Assembly (NCBI RefSeq): GCF_004010195.1 | Contig: NC_057718.1 | Location: 59,817,622 to 59,881,621, forward strand | DNA from: Chiloscyllium plagiosum | Lineage: Eukaryota | Direction: 5' to 3' | DNA length: 64,000 nt | In this document: piece by piece, positions 63,191-64,000 of the stretch | Numbering within the stretch: the first letter of the stretch is position 1 | How the letters are laid out: each line of letters begins with the position of its first letter | Position numbers and translations under genes: made by a program | The notes under the pieces: generated by a model | Databases searched by the model: none | What the model was told of the DNA's origin: nothing | Seen by the model: the letters and a program-made list of their open reading frames with translations, nothing else

Positions 63191-63744
63191 CGGTGAAACC
63201 TGAAAATTACAGAAACCTAAAGGGACTGGCAGCTGATGTCCTCTTTTATACAGGTGTCCTTTTTTTCATAAAGGTCATTTTATATGTGTAACTTTATTTC
63301 TAATAATCTTTTGTTATGCAATTATGATCATATAATCAGTTGCACAATGAGAATTACTGATAGTTTTGCGGAAGGTATAACAAAACGGATGTGGCAAGTG
63401 CTGTGCATGCACAGTGGGATATGTTCCTGATAGCAAAATGGAAAATTGTACAATATGGGATTAGGTGCTTTTGCATCTTCTGGCCTGCATTGTCAACAAT
63501 GCTATATTTGGAAGTGGGGAATGTGACTTCAGAAACGATCCAAACTGACAGGACCAAAAACCAATCGAGGAGCAATTATCACAATTTCCATTCAAATTCA
63601 GTATCATCAATGGAACATTTCAAAGTGTGATTTCAGGTTGTGTCCTGTGTTTTAGTAGTAAAGGGCTTTGTGCATTGAAAGCTGTCTGTGGTTCATAGCT
63701 TGGCAGTCCCTGTTTTCAATGTATCTCCGTTATCTTTTACAATG
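63191..63744. mobile_element. possible decayed Tc1/mariner-pogo (Tigger-like) non-autonomous element
   Basis: TA-CGGTGAAACCTG left end followed by GTCC..TATACAGGTGTCC. Imperfect subterminal inverted match AGGGACTGGCAGCT (63221) versus AGCTTGGCAGTCCCT (63697). Right TIR poorly preserved. Confidence 0.35.
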
Positions 63745-64000
63745 TAAGTAATTTGGGATTGTCAATAAATAGCTGCTTTATGCAGGTTGCTGATTTTTGA
63801 AAGTGTTAATTTTTCACAGCAATTACTACACACTGAATTAATATAAGCTGTGCTAAAGAAAACCTATATTTACTGAAATGACAAAATTCAAAGTACCTTC
63901 CAATTACTATATTAGGCTACAATGGCAAATTTGAGACAAATGACAAAGACACTCCTTGACTACTTACTTTCTGCTTGTGCCCCTGTTGACCTTTGGAACA

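Noticed and set aside
63354..63630. Overlapping 73-79 aa ORFs
   Set aside because: No recognisable domain or splice context, and they lie within a possible decayed DNA transposon.
1..64000. CRISPR arrays, operons or other prokaryotic systems
   Set aside because: The sequence is eukaryotic. Recurrent motifs are dispersed TE copies, not regularly spaced repeat-spacer arrays.

Overview
This is AT-rich vertebrate genomic DNA, most likely from a cartilaginous fish (inferred from HE1-type V-SINEs and HER1/CR1-type LINEs). It is intronic or intergenic, and I cannot confidently call any host protein-coding exon. Much of the window is transposable-element derived. It contains many CR1 fragments plus one near full-length, mutated CR1 (54.3-58.5 kb, esterase ORF1 and APE-RT ORF2). 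It also has a nested RTE/CR1/L1 block (8.5-15.5 kb), decayed Gypsy pieces, a solo LTR with a 4-bp TSD, and V-SINEs and a Deu-type SINE. The most notable signal is about a dozen short Penelope-like (PLE) pseudo-LTR insertions from at least three families. They carry minimal type I hammerhead ribozyme motifs (CUGANGA-stem II-GAAA-CGUH) in varying states of decay. Several have inverted arms, unpaired 3' tails and 12-15 bp TSDs, and many begin at or just upstream of the ribozyme core. All family assignments come from motif recognition by eye, not database searches, and boundaries of decayed elements are approximate.
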